NCBI GenBank assembly: GCA_905178155.1
Contig: CAJINV010000015.1
Coordinates: 1,604,538-1,668,537 of the forward strand
Direction of reading: 5' to 3'
DNA length: 64,000 nt
From: Amoebophrya sp. A120
Taxonomy: Eukaryota > Protista > Dinoflagellata
The position numbers and the translations under genes are program-made. Below the pieces are notes generated by a model. The model worked only from the letters and a program-made list of their open reading frames with translations, was not told the DNA's origin and searched no databases. Positions 10,924 through 23,700 of the stretch are shown here, piece after piece. Position 1 is the stretch's first letter. Each line of letters begins with the position of its first letter.

Positions 10924-13900
10924 ATGGCGCGTCGTCCTACTCTGTCCGTCCGAGGAGCACTCGGGGCCGCTACCGCAGCGCTTCTGCATCTCAGTTGTTG
11001 TGCCCCAGTCCCAGAGCACCCGGCACTACTTGTTGCAGCCGTCCAAGTAAAAAGGTCTTTCGACCGTCTCCTGGGGCCGCGACAGCCGCTAGACGCCACC
11101 TCGCACCGAAAGCTTGCCGCTGACAAGAAGAACGAGTTTGTTGTCACAGATCTGAAATCACGCCTCCTTGCGGAAGCGTGTTTTGGTAGCGAAGAGGCAG
11201 CAAAATTGCCGCACAAGTATGAGCCGGCGAAAAAAGACGAGCCATTGCTGGACTTGGTGAAAGGCGGGAAGATATGGATTGTAAAAATGTCTGGGTCTGG
11301 AAGAATGCAAGCTTTGTGATGCAGGTTTTCCATGACCCATGAGGTCTGGAATGCGAGGCCCAGCATCACAGATTCTTGGGGGTCTCTATCATGCCTTTCC
11401 TGCATGAGAGACTCCCTCTCAACTTGTTCAAAAGCGGACAGCTTTTGGTACTCACGCAACACAGATTTTTGCATCATTCAGATTTAGCATGACAAGTTCT
11501 AATCTTCCAGACCCAGACATTTTTGCATTTGATAGAAGAAAGACGGATCAAGTTGTACCACAGCATCTGCAAAGCCGCTTGTCTTGCGGGACAGCACCAA
11601 TGTGCGTGCGGGCAAGATGAACACATCGACTGGTGTCAACAACTCGTCCCCTTTTGGCTTCTCCACCGAACAAGCAGGTGCAACTTCTTCTACTTCTAGA
11701 GCCCCGTTTCTGCTGAACCAGACGCGCGACGCGGAAGAGTTCAGGACCCTGCGTCGAGACATTCACAAAAAGGAAAACCAGTTGGCAAATCCGGTGAAAG
11801 TCCTCGACCCGAGCACAAAACTCTCCGCGCTGGTGGTGGAGGACAGAAGTACTACAACTGCGGGTAGTAGTTCTTCATCTTCTAGAAGAAGTAGAAGTAC
11901 TAGTACAACAGCTGCAAAAGAAAACACCCTCGTCAAAAAGTACGGCCAGATTACGGACAGTTGCGCCTGCGTGCTGGCTATCACATGCAAATATGTCTGG
12001 GGCTGGGAACTTGTAATGCTGAATGGTCATGATTAAGTGCGGCTTTAAGTGCAGTGCAGCATGACAAAGTTTTCAGTCGCTTTCTCATGCGCAGCACGCA
12101 TTACAAAGACAAACTGCGACTTTGCGTGACGAACATGTGGCGCTTTTGCTGCTTGTGCAATACAGATTTTGAGGGCATGCGAAACACGCAATACAGGCTC
12201 AACCTGTTCGGACCCAGACACATTTGCAATGCATACTGGCCCAAGCCCTCCAGGACGAGATTCAGGTGGTGAATTTGGCGCGCGCAACGGACCTAAAGAC
12301 CTACCGCATGAGCAGCTCAAACAACACCTTTGCGCGCGAGGGTGGGGCCCAGGGTGAGAGCTTCTTCGGGGGACACGACCTCGAGCACGAGGTACTTTAC
12401 ACCGCGGTTTGCTTGCCTAAGTCCGATGCGACGATCGCGCAAGACCACAAGAGTGGGAAGCCAAGTGCTGATAGTGATGAAGAACTTCCAGACTTTGTCC
12501 ACGCTATGCCTTACGTGGCCGCCGGAGCGACGTACTTCAAAATAAACCCCCGAACGGGGCTGATTGCCGAGGACTGCGTGCCGACGCACGGTGTCGAAAT
12601 CTGGCAGTTGGAATCCGAGGATGGCAGTAGACCACGGCTTATCAAATGCAAAAAGGTCTGGGTCTGGAAGGATTCGAATTTGTGATGCGAAGTCTACATC
12701 ATGATAAAATCTGTCATGCATCATGGCTAGCAATAAAAAGCCTCACTTCTTGTTTCCGAGGGAGAGGATTTGTCATGCGGATTAGGCATTGGAATAAGTG
12801 CTTAAAATCTGTGATGCTAGAGCTTGCATGCCAGACGATCTGGGTCAGGCAAAAACTGCATGACAGATCTCGCATTCTTCCACACCCAGACATTTTTGCA
12901 ATCCATACGGCTGCTGCGACGATTGCCCTCTTCCGGGGGGATATCGCAAGGAAAAATCCCCCCTCCCCATATTGAAGAGGTAGGTTTTCGAAAATTTGTG
13001 TTGCTGATTTGAGGTCACAAATTACGTTTGTGTTGCAAGAAGACAAGGGCAACAGCTTCCGTCCCATTATGGAGGCGGATTGTCATGCTGTTGAGCCAAC
13101 ATCACGGACCCTTGTCATGCTAAACGCCTAAGTCAAAACCTCTCCGCTCAGGCTTGATATGGGTCTGCAGTCCTCTCCAGCAATACAGATGCGATCTGTG
13201 TACTCAAATACAGCAACACAGATTCCGCTTGCGATATGGGGAGGGGGGATTTTTCCTCACAATAGGGGATGGTCCGGTGTTTGGACTGGCACGAGTCTAT
13301 GCTGACCGCCGGCCGAGAGGACGGCACGGTCTCCGTCCACGACATCCGAGACCGGGATTCGTTGATGACCATCATCCCCATCTGCAAGCCTCTCGAAGGG
13401 GGGAAAACCAAGATGGAAACAGGGTTTGACAAGAAGCTGCACCCGGAAAACGACCCGATCACCCGCTTTGGCGGGCGCAAGCCCGCGTTTACCGATCACC
13501 GCGACCCGGAGGCCTTTCACCGCCGTGACTCGACCGGCCGGCAACCGCCGGTCCCGCACAACGCGGGTCTCCTGGCAGTCGGCACCGAGTTATGAAAGTG
13601 CACAATTCCCCCCCCCCCCTCATTTGTATAGAATGAACGGCAATACAAGCATCAGCAAGAATGCCGGTTTTGCATGACAAATTTCCACTGGATCTTAGTG
13701 CTATTCGGGCTACCAGAACTTGTCATGCAAACAGTGCCAAGAAGCAAAGGGTGGACTGGGTATTTCGCATGACAAATGAGGGGGAGGGGGAGTTGTGCAA
13801 TGTCATACCAGTCCGGGAAGGTTTGCGTTTTGGACATGCGGAACGTGATAGACGTGACCAAAAACCCCGAGGTCTACTCGACGCAGAGATATGCTGAGGA

Positions 13901-16337
13901 AAAACGTGGCCCACACCCCATAGTCAAGCTGGGAAATCTGCAAGACAAATCAACAAGCTTTTGCTGTTGCGCATGACAATTTTGGGGACGTAGTGTAGTC
14001 CTGTTTAGCTAGTGTGACCGCATCACAAATCTAGCATATCATGCTGATCGGAGCATTACAAATTTCAAAACACGACTAGGAACTGCTTCTCGTGGGGCTC
14101 CGCATGAGAAACATTTTGAGCATGCAGATTTGCATAACAGCTCTTGGCTGGGGACGTTTTTACGCAGGATAAGAGACTCGAGGGATTTACGTCTCCCGTC
14201 ACCGCGCTCACCTGGGGCGCCAACGAGAACGGCACGACCCTGGCCGCGGGAGATTTGAACGGTATGAAATGCAAAAATGTCTGGGTCTGGAAAGTTCCCA
14301 GGTTTGTCATGCATATTTTGCATAACCCATGAAGCCTGTAATGCATGACCTAGCATCACAGATTTTGAAAGGGCCTTCTGATGCGTATTCCGCATGAGAA
14401 ACGCACACTCCACGGAGCACAAACTGAACTCCTCTTGCTGGCCATGCAATACAGTTTTTTTTATACCTTCCAAAGACAGCATCACAAGTTGCAACCTTGC
14501 AGACCCAGACATTTTTGCATTTCATAAGCGGGCGGGTGAAGCTACTGCATCCGTTGGGTAAATCGAGTTGGTCGTTTTCCGACAGCGCTCCGGACAGTGG
14601 TTCTTGCACTGCTACCAATGCTATCAAATGCAAAATAAATGTCTCGGTCTGGAAGATTGCAAGGTTTGTCATGCTAGTCTGGCATGACTCTGAACTCTGC
14701 ATTGCGTGGCCGCGAAGAGCTCCTCCTCCCTGTCATGCAAAAACGGAGTTTATCATGCGGAATACGCAACTCAGAACCATGAAAAAAACTTGTCATGCTT
14801 GGCAGCGCATTACAGTGAGCACACTATTCCCTTCCTTGCATCACAAGTTTCCAGACCCAGACATTCTTGCAATCCATAAATGCCTCGACTCGCGCGGAAG
14901 AGGTAATTGGTACGGGAATTGGGGAAAACAAGCCGATCACCGGCCTGCAATTTTGCAACTTTCAGGACGGCGCCACGCGGAACGGGCACTATGAACTGCA
15001 AAAGTATCGTACTCGTATATATAAATGCATTACAAATTTCCGGAACATGAGAATATAAAATTTGTAATGCGGACTTGCCTCAAGAAAAAAATTAAAATTT
15101 GTAATGCAAGACTTGCATTTATACGAGTCACCACTTTTGCAATGCATAGGCTCCTGGCGGTGGCGACGCTGGGCGGCGGCACCCGAATTCACGACTTGGA
15201 AAAGGCTGCTGTTGATGCTGGAACAACTGCTCGCGCAAGAAGAGCTAGTAGTAGTACCTCCAGTACGGGTCCTCGTCCTTCAGGAACAACTACGCCGGCC
15301 TCATCAAGTCAAGAAAATACAACAACTCGTGGAAGCAGTAGCGGAAATCCGCGAAGTTCCTATCCAGTATCCTACACTTTAGGTGAGTCCACCAAGGAGA
15401 TACTCGACCAAAAGGGCGACGGTTCCCATGACAAGTCTCACGATTGGGACAAGCGACAGGTCTTCGGCCTGCAGAAGATTGTCGGGACGGATGCTGCCGA
15501 CGTATCCTCCCCCCAGCCCTACCTGGTCGCGCTGGCGCACGACGTATCAAATGCAAAAATGTCTGGGTCTGGAAGATTGCAACTTGTCATGCTGTCTTCG
15601 GATTCGAAAAAAATCTGTAATGCATGACCGGCGAGAGGAGTCCAGTTTTTGCCACGGCGAGAGGCCATTTCTCATGCGGAACAGGCATCAGGAAGCCCTC
15701 TCAAAGTCTGTGATGCTAGACCATGCATCACAGACCGCATGAGTCATGGAAAACCTGCATGACACTCTTCCAGACCCAGACACTTTTACATTTGATACGA
15801 CGGCATTGACGACCCGACGCAGTTGCGTTCGTACGGCAATCCCTACGTAGCGGACCACATTTATGGATGTGTCAGGATTGAAATCGTCAAAGTTGAAATA
15901 GTTAGTCATGCATAAACTCGATACCAGTTGGAAGCCCAATTTTCAAGCGGCGCATGACAAATTTCGGCACCGTCTAAATTCAGTTTGTCATGCTGTTTAG
16001 GGACAGAAGGCGTCTTTTGTCATGCTACTTTGTTTAGCAGCTCTACCGCAGACCCCAAACAGGCTGACAGTCGGCCTCACTTGCCATCCCTGCAAGAGAG
16101 GCACTTCATGCCTTGCAATTTATGCATGAGAAATTTTTTCAACTTTGTCGATTTCAATCCTGACACATCCATAACATTCATGAGTCGCTGGGCCTGTACC
16201 CTACCACCCCCACGCGGCCGCGGAAACGGTCAAGGGTCACTGGATCTGGTGCTCGGGGTAGTGCTAGCAGGAGCGCCTTTACACCATCCATGCGTACTAA
16301 TTATAGTACTCTGCCCCGCCGGGGGCTTAGGCTTTAG
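10924..16337 (+). CDS. WD40-repeat protein
   Basis: 11 introners removed. WD-like blades VRCLDWHESMLTAGREDGTVSVHDIR, VTALTWG..TLAAGDL.GRVKL, ITGLQF..LLAVATLGGGTRIHDL; hydrophobic N-terminus. Confidence 0.7.
11273..11534. mobile_element. Introner family A
   Basis: TSD GAAGA; reverse-complement relative of 5016-5277. Confidence 0.9.
11979..12235. mobile_element. Introner family A
   Basis: TIR; TSD CTGGC. Confidence 0.85.
12640..12907. mobile_element. Introner family A
   Basis: TIR; TSD CGGCT. Confidence 0.9.
12942..13264. mobile_element. Introner family G (TIR ..AAAAATCCCCCTCCCCATAT)
   Basis: TIR; TSD GGGGA. Confidence 0.9.
13591..13807. mobile_element. Introner family C
   Basis: TIR; TSD CGAGT/CCAGT. 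Confidence 0.85.
13890..14171. mobile_element. Introner family D
   Basis: TIR; TSD AGAGA. Confidence 0.85.
14263..14526. mobile_element. Introner family A
   Basis: TIR; TSD AACGG/AGCGG. Confidence 0.85.
14622..14878. mobile_element. Introner family A
   Basis: TIR; TSD AATGC. Confidence 0.9.
14990..15148. mobile_element. Introner family B
   Basis: TIR; TSD GGCAC/GGCTC. Confidence 0.85.
15545..15797. mobile_element. Introner family A
   Basis: TIR; TSD CGACG. Confidence 0.9.
15862..16173. mobile_element. Introner family F
   Basis: TIR; TSD ACATT. Confidence 0.9.
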
Positions 16338-17724
16338 GATAGTGTTTTGGTACTTCTACATCGTCGGAAAAACATGTTTTGATTACTTGTTCTACCTCAT
16401 GTACACAACCTCCAAGGTTGACTTGACACCCTAACAGCAAGAATGGTTTTTTGTCACAGATGCCGCAAACCGCACATTTTAGAAATTTGTTGATCCCTAT
16501 AGCAAGTAGCAACTTCAAATCTATGCTTGACATAAATCTTCTTCGTTGAAGATGACGCAACATCAAAAGTGAGAACCACAACCAATTTACTTACTACATC
16601 TAAGCAAACATGATAGTGATAGTTGACAAAAGCTGCGTCCCCAGCTTCTTCGACTTTTTGATCACTTATTCGTCAGCTTGACCCTCCTAAAAACGTGAAC
16701 GGATTGATTGATTGACAGCTGAGATATCACTCAGACTCACTTCTTCAAGGCTAATTTCTTCTTCACGCGCATTTCTGGAAGCCACGAAATCCCTATCAAT
16801 CAGAACCGGATTTTTATTTTTTGATTTCCTGCTAGAGCAGTTCTAATTAAATTCAAGGCGTTGACGAGTTCCTTTTATTATCCTAATTAAGGCTTCATCA
16901 GTCATTGAAAGTGAAGAATATTAAGCTTTTTCTTTCCAGCGCAACAAGAAATCACCCTCAGTAGCACGACGAATCTGTTGACACAAGACAAGTTGCAAAA
17001 ACGAAGAACGATTATATGACAACAAAGAGTACAGAATGAAAATCCGTATCCGCATGAAAAAAACAACGTTGGCGCCGTCGAGTTTCTGGCCGTCCTGGGA
17101 GTGATGTTGATACAGTGAGCCTTTTTTAGAGCATGAGCAGGTACAGGCAGTCCTCGTACCAGTGTCTGTTGTCAATTCACCGCTTTCTATTGTTGATGTT
17201 TTGCTTTTGGCTTGCTCTTTGCTCATTGCAGTTTTTGTTTCTCGATGAATGTGATTTGCTTCATTTTGGAGGGTCTAACGAGAAAGAAGTGATGAGCGCA
17301 GTAGAATGAGGTGCATCTTCGAGGAGCTGTGTTTATTTGCCTTTGTGCTGCAAGAGCAGGAGAGGGAAAGAGGAGAGTGTCAATCCCAGACAGTAGGTAG
17401 CTTCAAGCAACTATGTCCTGGAGGAGCTTGTCTTCGTCATTCACAATACGATGTAAGTTTTCTTTTGATTTAGTTTGTTCCTCTTTTCGACGTTTTCAAC
17501 CCTTGTTTACTGGGTAACATCATCATCGTCATCCCCTTCCTTCTAGGTATACCCAATGAAACGGCACCAGTAGTTGCTGCAACAACACTGCTCCAAAACC
17601 GAATTAAGTCGACGAGCTGAAGAGGATGATGTCAACAGCATAAAGTTTATCTTCCTTGTCAGTTCGATGCCCCATATAATTTAGTAATTTCCTTACCGTA
17701 ACAAGACCAGCCAACACTAAAAAG

Positions 17725-20700
17725 ATGTTGAACCCAGTTTCCGTCTTCCTCTACCTCCACCGCATGGTATGTCACACAAATTTGGACAATCTCGAGTTTG
17801 TATCAAATGCAAAAATGTCTGGGTCTGGAAAAATGCGAGTTTGTCATGCTTGTCTGGCATGACTCCTAAATCTGTGATGCATGAGGGGTCAGCAGGCCTC
17901 TTGCCTGTCATGCGAAAACACAGTTTGTCATGCGGAAAACGAAAAACAATAGCAGCCCAAAAATTTGTCATGCTTGGCTGCGTATTGCAGTGCGCCCACC
18001 AGTAAGACTTTTGCATCACAAGTTTCCAGACCCAGACATATTTGCATTTGATAGTTTGTTTCTCCAAGAAAAGCCTTGCTCATCGAGACAAAGGACTATC
18101 AGCAGACGCGAGATTTTGGTCGGAAACTACTGCAGAACGAACACGTCCTCGGCGACGAGAGATCATCTTTCGCTTGCGATCACAGCAATACAAATTTCTT
18201 TCGCTGCCTCCACGTCCAGTCCAGATTTCTCGCGCTGCGGAACGAGTACGAGACGCTTCTCGCGTATGCGTTGCAAAATTATCGAACTCGTAGTAGTTCC
18301 CCAGTAGTTGTATGTACTTAGTTCTGCATGACAAACAAGGTCCGAGCGTGGGGACAGGGTCCCCACGCGGGCCCTTGGCTTCGGTTTCGGCTTGAGGTTT
18401 CGGCCTGGGGCTTCGGCTTGGGGGTTTCATTCGGCCTGGGGTTTCTTTCGGCTTCAGGCGACGGCGACAGACTGACAGGCGACAGAGTTGGACGGCGGTG
18501 CGCCCTGTGCAGAAATGCCACCGCCGCAGAAGCGTGGAACGGGCTCTGCGCAGTTCGTGCAACACATCTGGACGCGGGGCGTTGCTCCCTCGCATGAAAG
18601 CAAGGGCCGACACACGAAGTCAGGAGGGGGATAGCCGGAGAAGCAAGGAGCGGAGCGTTGCAGGGCTGGCCAGCTGGACGGCCTTGCGGCCTTGGGTTTT
18701 CGGAAAAGCTGGCCAGCCTTGCAAAACTTTACCCACTTTCTTCAAGATTCACCGCCCTCGCATTCTGTTCCCTCGGCGAGGGTGTGGACTTGGGGCGCCG
18801 CGCGATAGCCGGCGAGGGAAGGAACAGAGCGGGCCAAGGTTGGCCAGCTTGCGGCTTTTTGGCCTTGGGCTTTCGCCAGGGCTGGCCAAACTTGAAAAAA
18901 TTTCATAAGTTTGCCCCAATTCTCCCCAGTTTCGCACTATCTGCGGCCAAAATGCTGCCGCGGGGCTTCGCGCAATGGCCGGGGAGGCAAGGAACAGAGC
19001 GGGGCAAGGCTAGCCAGCGAGCTCGCCCGCCGGACGGCCTTGCGGCGTTGGGTTTTCGGAAAAACAGGCCAAGCTTGGAAATGTTTTCCAGCTTTTTCAT
19101 GATTTCCCGACCCCGCAGCACCGACCTGCGGCCAACATGTGGCCTCGGGGCTTCGCGCGGTAGCCGGGGAGGCAAGGAACAGCCAGAGCGGGGCAAGCCT
19201 GGCCAGGTCGACGGCTTTGCCTTGTGGCCTTGAGTTTTCGCGAGTCTCGCGAGAGAAAAGCAGGCTGGCCAAACTTGTAAAAATTGCGCGCTGCAGGGTT
19301 TTTCAAGATTCCCGCGCCCGCTGCATTGCCTACGCCCATAATGGGCGTCGCCGTGGGGCTTCGCGCGATAGGCGGAGAAGCAAGGAGCAGAGCGGGGCAA
19401 GGCTGGCCAGCTTGACGGCTCGCGTTGTGGCTTTGGATTTTCGGAAAAGCAGGCCAAACTTGACGCAGCGGCCCAAGCTTTTTGCAAGGTTCCCACCCCC
19501 GCCTTCGCATTACCTACGGCCAGGGCGAACGCGGCCGCGCGCAGGGCTTCGCGCGATGGCCGGAGAAATAAGGAACAGAGCGGGGCTAGGCTGGCTTGCC
19601 ACCCTGGCGGCTTCGCGGCCTTGGCTTTTGCCAAAAGCCCGCCCCTAGGCGGGCTATTTGGGAAAAAAAAGCTGCCCAAATTTGCAACGGTTACGCTTTG
19701 AAGCTTTTCGCCCTTGGAGATAACTTCCCGCGCTCGCACTACGTACGGCCAAGATGCGGCCGCGGGGCTTCGCACGATAGCCGAAGAGGCAAGGAACAGA
19801 GCGGGGCAAGGCTGGCCGGCTGCGCGGTTTTGCTGCGGCCTGGGGCTTTCGAAGAAGCTGGCCAAACTTGCAAAGGTTTGCAAAGCCCCCCCGCTTTCGC
19901 ATTGCCCAGGGCCAAGATAGATGCGGCGCCGGGCGGGGCTTCACGCGGTAAGCAGAGAAGCACGGCACAGAGCGGGGCCAGGCTGGCAAGCTGGGCCGAC
20001 GGCTTTGCGGCCTGAGGTTTTCGGCTTTTCAGGTTTTCAAGAGTCCCAACCATCGCACTACCTCCGGCCAAAATGCGGCCGCGCGCGGGGCTTCGCGCGA
20101 TAGCCGGAGAAGGGGAAGCAAGGAAAAGAGCGGGGCAAGGCTGGCAAGCTGGACGGCTTAGCGGCCTTGGTTCTTCGGAAAAGCCGGCCAAACTTGAAAA
20201 AAATTCCCAAGCTAGTCCGAGGCTTCCCGCGCTCGCAGTGGCCACGGCTAAAATGTGGCCCCGGGGCTTCGCGCGATAGCCGGAGAAGAGAAGAACAGAG
20301 GGAGGGAGCGGGGCAAGGTTGGCCAGCTGTGTTGCTTCCTTTGCGGCCTTGCGTCGGTTTTCGGAAAAGCTGGCCAGCCTTGCCGAAGCTTTTCAGGCTT
20401 TTCAAGGTTTCCCGCGCTCGCACTCCCTACGGCCAAAATGCGGCCGCGGGGCTTCGCGCGATAGCCGGAGAAGCAAGAAACAGAGCGGGGCAAGGCTGGC
20501 CAGCTCGACGGCTCTGTGGCCTTGGGTTTCGGCGTTCGCCCGGGAAATCTAGCCAAGTTTGAGAAAGTTCCTCGAGCAAATTTGCCCAAGCTTTCCCGCC
20601 CGCCCCGCATTTTTTCCATACTTACCCTCCTACGGCACGGCCAAAATTAATGCGACCCACCGCGGGGCTTCCCGCGATAACCGGAGAAGCAAGGAACACC

Positions 20701-23700
20701 GCGGGGCAAGGCTGGCCAGCTGGACGGCTCTGCGCGCGGCTTTGGGCTTTCGGAAAGGCTGGGGGGCCAAACTTGACGAAGGTCCTAAGTAAGGCCATTC
20801 CAAGAGGTCCCGCCCTCGCATTAGTTGCCACGGGCCAAAATGTGGCGTAGGGGCTTCGCGCGATGGCCGGAAAAGCAAGGGGCAGAGCGGGGCAAGGCTG
20901 GCCAGCTGGATGGCTTTGCTTCGGCTTTGGTCGGTGTTTCGGAAAGGCTGGCCAAACCTCAGCAAGTTCTATTTTTCAGGTTTTTTCAAATTCAAGGCCT
21001 CCCGCGTGCGCATTACCTACGGCCAAGGTGTGGCCTATCCGTGGGGCTTCGGGCGATGGCCGGAGAAGGAAGGGGCAGAGCGGGGCAAGGGTGGCCAGCG
21101 GGACGGCTTATTTGCGGCCTTGGGTGCGTCGGTTTTCGAAAAAGCTGGCCAAACTTGAAAAAATTTGCCAAGCCTTTTCAAGATTTCCCGCGGCCGGTCG
21201 CATCACCTACGGCCAAAGTGTGGCCGCGGGGGGGGCTTCGCACGATAGCCGAGGAAGCAAGGAACGGGGCGGGGCAAGGCTAGCCAACTGAAAGGCTTTG
21301 ACTGCCTGCGGCCTTGGGTGTTCGAAAAGCTGGACAAACATGACAAAACTGCTCAAGTTCTTTCAAGGCTGGCCGCCCCCGCATTACCTGCGGCCAAGGT
21401 GTGGCCTCGGGGCTTCGCACGATAGCCGGAGAAGCAAGGGGCAGAGCGGGGCAAGGCTGGCAGGCTGGACGGCTTTGCGCCCTTGGTTCCCTCTTCGGAA
21501 AAGTTGGCCAAACTTGAAAAAAATCTGCAAGCTTTTGCAAGGTTTCCCGCCTTCGCAACACCAACGGCCAAAGTGTGGCCGCGGGGGTTCGCGTGGTAGC
21601 CGGAGAAGCAAGGAACGGAGCGGGGCGAGGTTGGGTGGCCAGCGAGCCCGCTGGAACGTTTTGCGGCCTCGGGTCCTCGGAAAAGGAAAGCTGGCCAGGC
21701 TTGCAAAACTTCCCAGGTTCCCCGCTTTCGCATTACCTGCGGCCAAGTTGGGGCGTCGCGCGATAGCCGGAGAAGCAAGGAAAAGAGCGGGGCGCGGCTG
21801 GCTAGCTTGGCGGCTTTGTGGCCTTGGGGTTTCGGAAAACTTGGCCAAACCTGCCGAAGCTGTTCAACTTTTTGCAAGGTTTCCCGCCCCCTTTTGCATT
21901 ACCTACGGCAAGGACGTGGCTGCGGGGCTTTGCGCGATGGCCGGAGACGCAAGGAGCAGGGAGAGTTGGGCAGGCCAAGGCTGGCCAGCTGGGCAGTTTT
22001 CATTGCGGCCCCGGGTTAGTTTTCGGAAAAGCTGGCCAAACTTGGCAAGGTTTGTTTTTACTTTGGGCGCCCCCAAGGTTTCCCGCCTTCGCATTACATT
22101 ACGCGCGGCCAAGCCGAGGCCGCGCGCGATGGCCGGAGAAGCAAAGAACAGAGCGAGGCGAGGGCGGCCAGCTGGGCGGCTTTGCGGCCTTGGGTTTCTT
22201 TCCGGAAGGGCTGGCCAAACCTGAAGAACATTGCCTCCCGAGCTTTTTCGAGGTTCCCCGGGCTCTCATTACCTCCGGCCAACATGTGACCGCGGGGCTT
22301 CGCAGGCACGATAGCCGGAGAAGCAAGGGGCAGAGCGGGGCAAGGCTGGCCAGCAAACTTGGCGGCTTTGTGGCCTTGAGTTTTCGGAAAAGCTGGCCAC
22401 ACTTGCAAAACCTCCGCAGGCGTTTCGCTTTTTCACCATTCCCCGCCGGCCCTCCCCTTGCAGTACCTACGACCAAAGTGTGGCCGCGGGGCTTCGCGCG
22501 ATGGCCGGGGAAGCAAGGAGCAGAGCGGGGCAAGGCTGGGCAGCTGGGCGGCTTTGCGGCCTTGGCTTTTCGGAAAAGTGGGCCAACCTTGAAACAGCCC
22601 CCCGAGTTCTTTCCCGGTTGCCCGCGGTCACACCCACTACCTACGGCCAAGGTGTTGCCTCGGGGCTTCGCGCGGTAGCCGGAGAAGCAGGGAACAGAGC
22701 GGGGCAGGGCTTGCCGGCTGGACGGCTTTGCGGCCTTGGGTTTTCGGATACGCTGGCCAAACTTGAAAAAAGCCCCCGAGCTTTTTCAAGCTCTCCCGCC
22801 TTCGCATTACCTACGGCCAACACTTGGCCGCGGGGGGGGCGTCGCGCGGTCGCCCGCGATGCAAGGAACAGAGCGGGGCAAGGCTGGCCAGCTGGACGGC
22901 CTTGCCGCTTTGAGTTTTCGGAAAAGCTTGCCAAACCTGCAAAAACTCCCGCACGTTCTTCCGTCTTCAAGATTTCCCGCCTACCTTCGCACTACGTGCG
23001 GCCAGGCTGCGACCCCGGGGCCTCGCGCGATAGCCGGAGAAGCAAGGGACGAAGCGGCGCAAGATTGGCCAGCGAGCTTGGCGGCCTTGCGGCGTTGGGT
23101 TTTCGGAAAACAAAGCGCGCCAAACTTGCAACAGCCCTGCCACCTTTTTCAAGGTTGGTGCCCCGCATTCGCTTTACCCACGGCCAAAATGCGGCCAAGG
23201 GGCTCCGCGCGATAGCCGGAGAGGCACGGGGCAGAGCGGGGCAAGGCTGGCAAGCTGGACAGCTTTGCGGCCTTGGGTTTTCGGAGATAGAAGCAGGCCA
23301 AACCGGCAAGGTTTTGTCAAGTTTTTTCAAGGTTTCCCACCCCCACCCTCGCACTACCTGCGGCCGGCCGAAATTAATGCGGCCGCGGGGCGTCGCGCGA
23401 TAGCCGGAGAAGCAAGGAACAGGGCGGGGCAAGGCTGTTGAGCCCAGACGGCCCCCACTATATACGTTCGCGAAATGAAGCGCAAAAGGAAGGCGAACCA
23501 TCGGCCAACCGTCGCCCCGATCGATCGGGCTGCCGCCCGTCTGTCGCCCTACACTTGCCATGTCTCCCGCTCCGAGTTCTCTGCTGTCGCTCTACGTCAA
23601 TGAACTGCCTGAGCTAGGTCCGGGCGGGCCCAAAGGAAAGCCTGGCACTGTGAACGAAGCCGAAAACGATGGCGCTCTGTGTTGCGGCAAGAAGGGAAAA

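Noticed and set aside
18620-23440. CRISPR-like array
   Set aside because: Units are about 180 bp, the variable parts are homologous to each other, there are no cas genes, and the context is eukaryotic.
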